Positions 6,657 through 7,355 of a stretch of 7,355 bases of DNA are shown one piece after another. Both the position numbers and the translations under genes were made by a program. The DNA is from Rotaria sp. (lineage: Eukaryota). Location of the stretch: positions 137,390-144,744 of the forward strand of contig CAJNVN010000141.1 in the NCBI GenBank assembly GCA_905330535.1. The letters are read 5' to 3'. The notes below the pieces were generated by a model, which was not told the DNA's origin, did no database searches, and saw nothing but the letters and a program-made list of their open reading frames with translations. The first letter of the stretch is position 1, and each line of letters starts with the position of its first letter.

Positions 6657-7355
6657 TTACCAATGATAAAATTGATTATCGTCATTCACATCATTTGTAC
6701 TGCAACCAGGAGTCCACATCGAAAGTTTAGTTATATTTGTAAATCCAAGTTTTGCTGCAGAACTGTTCGATTGAATAGTAAAAAAATCGCATTGATTGAC
6801 GTCGCCGACAAACAATGGATCTGCTATTACACTACCGTTGTCTTGTCCAGTTTTTTGCCACTCTGCAAATGATGTTTGCTGTATCCCGAATAATAAAGAA
6901 CTACCATATGGATTATAATACACATTGTTACTAAATGATACAGAGACGTTTACGGCATCAGATTTGAATGCAGAATGATTACTTCCTTGAAATGTATCGT
7001 AGACAATATTACCCGTAAATGTCCATGAAAGATGATTTTCAGTATTCATAATACGAAGATCACCGTCTGGAATGGGATCGCCGGCCTGTGGTGGTTGGAT
7101 TACTGACGTACGTGCAAATACATTATTAATGATAGTATTATTAGCACCATAATGTTGAAACAAACCACCCCAACCAATATTGTATACAACATTATTCGAG
7201 ACCATAATCCCAGACGAGCCTTCATCTAGATAAATACCCCACATATAGGCAGCATAGCTAAAAACGTTTTTGATTACATTGTTAGTAATTATCGTTCCTG
7301 GTTGGATACCGAGTGTATAAATGCCACCTTGATCACAAAGAATATGTTGTCCAAT
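6657..7355 (-). CDS. Right-handed parallel beta-helix (PbH1/pectin-lyase-fold) repeat protein, C-terminal part. The 5' end lies beyond the right edge and the stop TAA is at 6657-6659.
   Basis: The frame is uninterrupted from 7355 to 6660: IGQHILCDQGGIYTLGIQPGTIITNNVIKNVFSYAAYMWGIYLDEGSSGIMVSNNVVYNIGWGGLFQHYGANNTIINNVFARTS...VSFSNNVYYNPYG...ADPLFVGDVNQCDFFTIQSNSSAAKLGFTNI...NQFYHW*. It has periodic NNxI/V turns typical of beta-helix coils. Its tail resembles the bacterial DPLFVD..GDFRL.P.SPA..LGF ending, from memory. No introns occur in about 700 nt. Confidence 0.8.
   Translation of the reverse strand: MGQHILCDQGGIYTLGIQPGTIITNNVIKNVFSYAAYMWGIYLDEGSSGIMVSNNVVYNIGWGGLFQHYGANNTIINNVFARTSVIQPPQAGDPIPDGDLRIMNTENHLSWTFTGNIVYDTFQGSNHSAFKSDAVNVSVSFSNNVYYNPYGSSLLFGIQQTSFAEWQKTGQDNGSVIADPLFVGDVNQCDFFTIQSNSSAAKLGFTNITKLSMWTPGCSTNDVNDDNQFYHW

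Noticed and set aside
6506-6872. Two plus-strand ORFs (74 and 72 aa) overlapping the end of the beta-helix gene
   Set aside because: They are antisense or out of frame relative to a much longer ORF with clear domain periodicity, and they have no motifs of their own.
1-7355. Prokaryotic reading of the window (operon, defence island, CRISPR array, IS element)
   Set aside because: The long homology-bearing gene only makes sense after removing GT-AG introns. There are no CRISPR-like regularly spaced repeats and no transposase, integrase or reverse-transcriptase remnants that I could detect by eye. I saw no compact operon-like gene packing.

Overview
This is an AT-rich window that looks eukaryotic, not a prokaryotic operon. 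All translations and coordinates below were worked out by hand from the sequence and the ORF track. No database search was possible.

(1) Positions 1-4306, minus strand, hold a long multi-exon gene that runs off the left edge. Its architecture is NLR-like: a DUF4062-type N-terminus (RVFISSTFT/DTVEERDAL), a NACHT-type P-loop NTPase (Walker A, Walker B-like LVLLFDSIDQL, helical/winged-helix part) and WD40-like repeats, resembling NWD1/NWD2. It is cut by short GT-AG introns of 50-69 nt. The reading frame carries at least 7 in-frame stop codons and at least 4 frameshifts, including a 1-nt deletion inside the Walker A motif. I therefore call it a pseudogene, with assembly error as the alternative for the indels only.

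(2) Positions 6657-7355, minus strand, hold the 3' part of an intronless gene for a right-handed parallel beta-helix protein with bacterial-looking motifs. It is a candidate horizontally acquired gene.

(3) Between the two genes lies about 2.3 kb with no credible coding sequence. It contains three sharply bounded GT/CA-rich islands (about 4479-4676, 5536-5588 and 6266-6405) built from degenerate CCCACA/TGTGGG-like units. They include a perfect 14-bp hairpin and a canonical G-quadruplex/i-motif pattern, and they resemble one another. Islands A and C are same-orientation copies bracketing about 1.6 kb of extremely AT-rich DNA.

A foreign-looking gene, a decayed native gene and telomere-like repeat islands together are what I recall being described for bdelloid-rotifer subtelomeric regions. 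That taxonomic guess is inference only.
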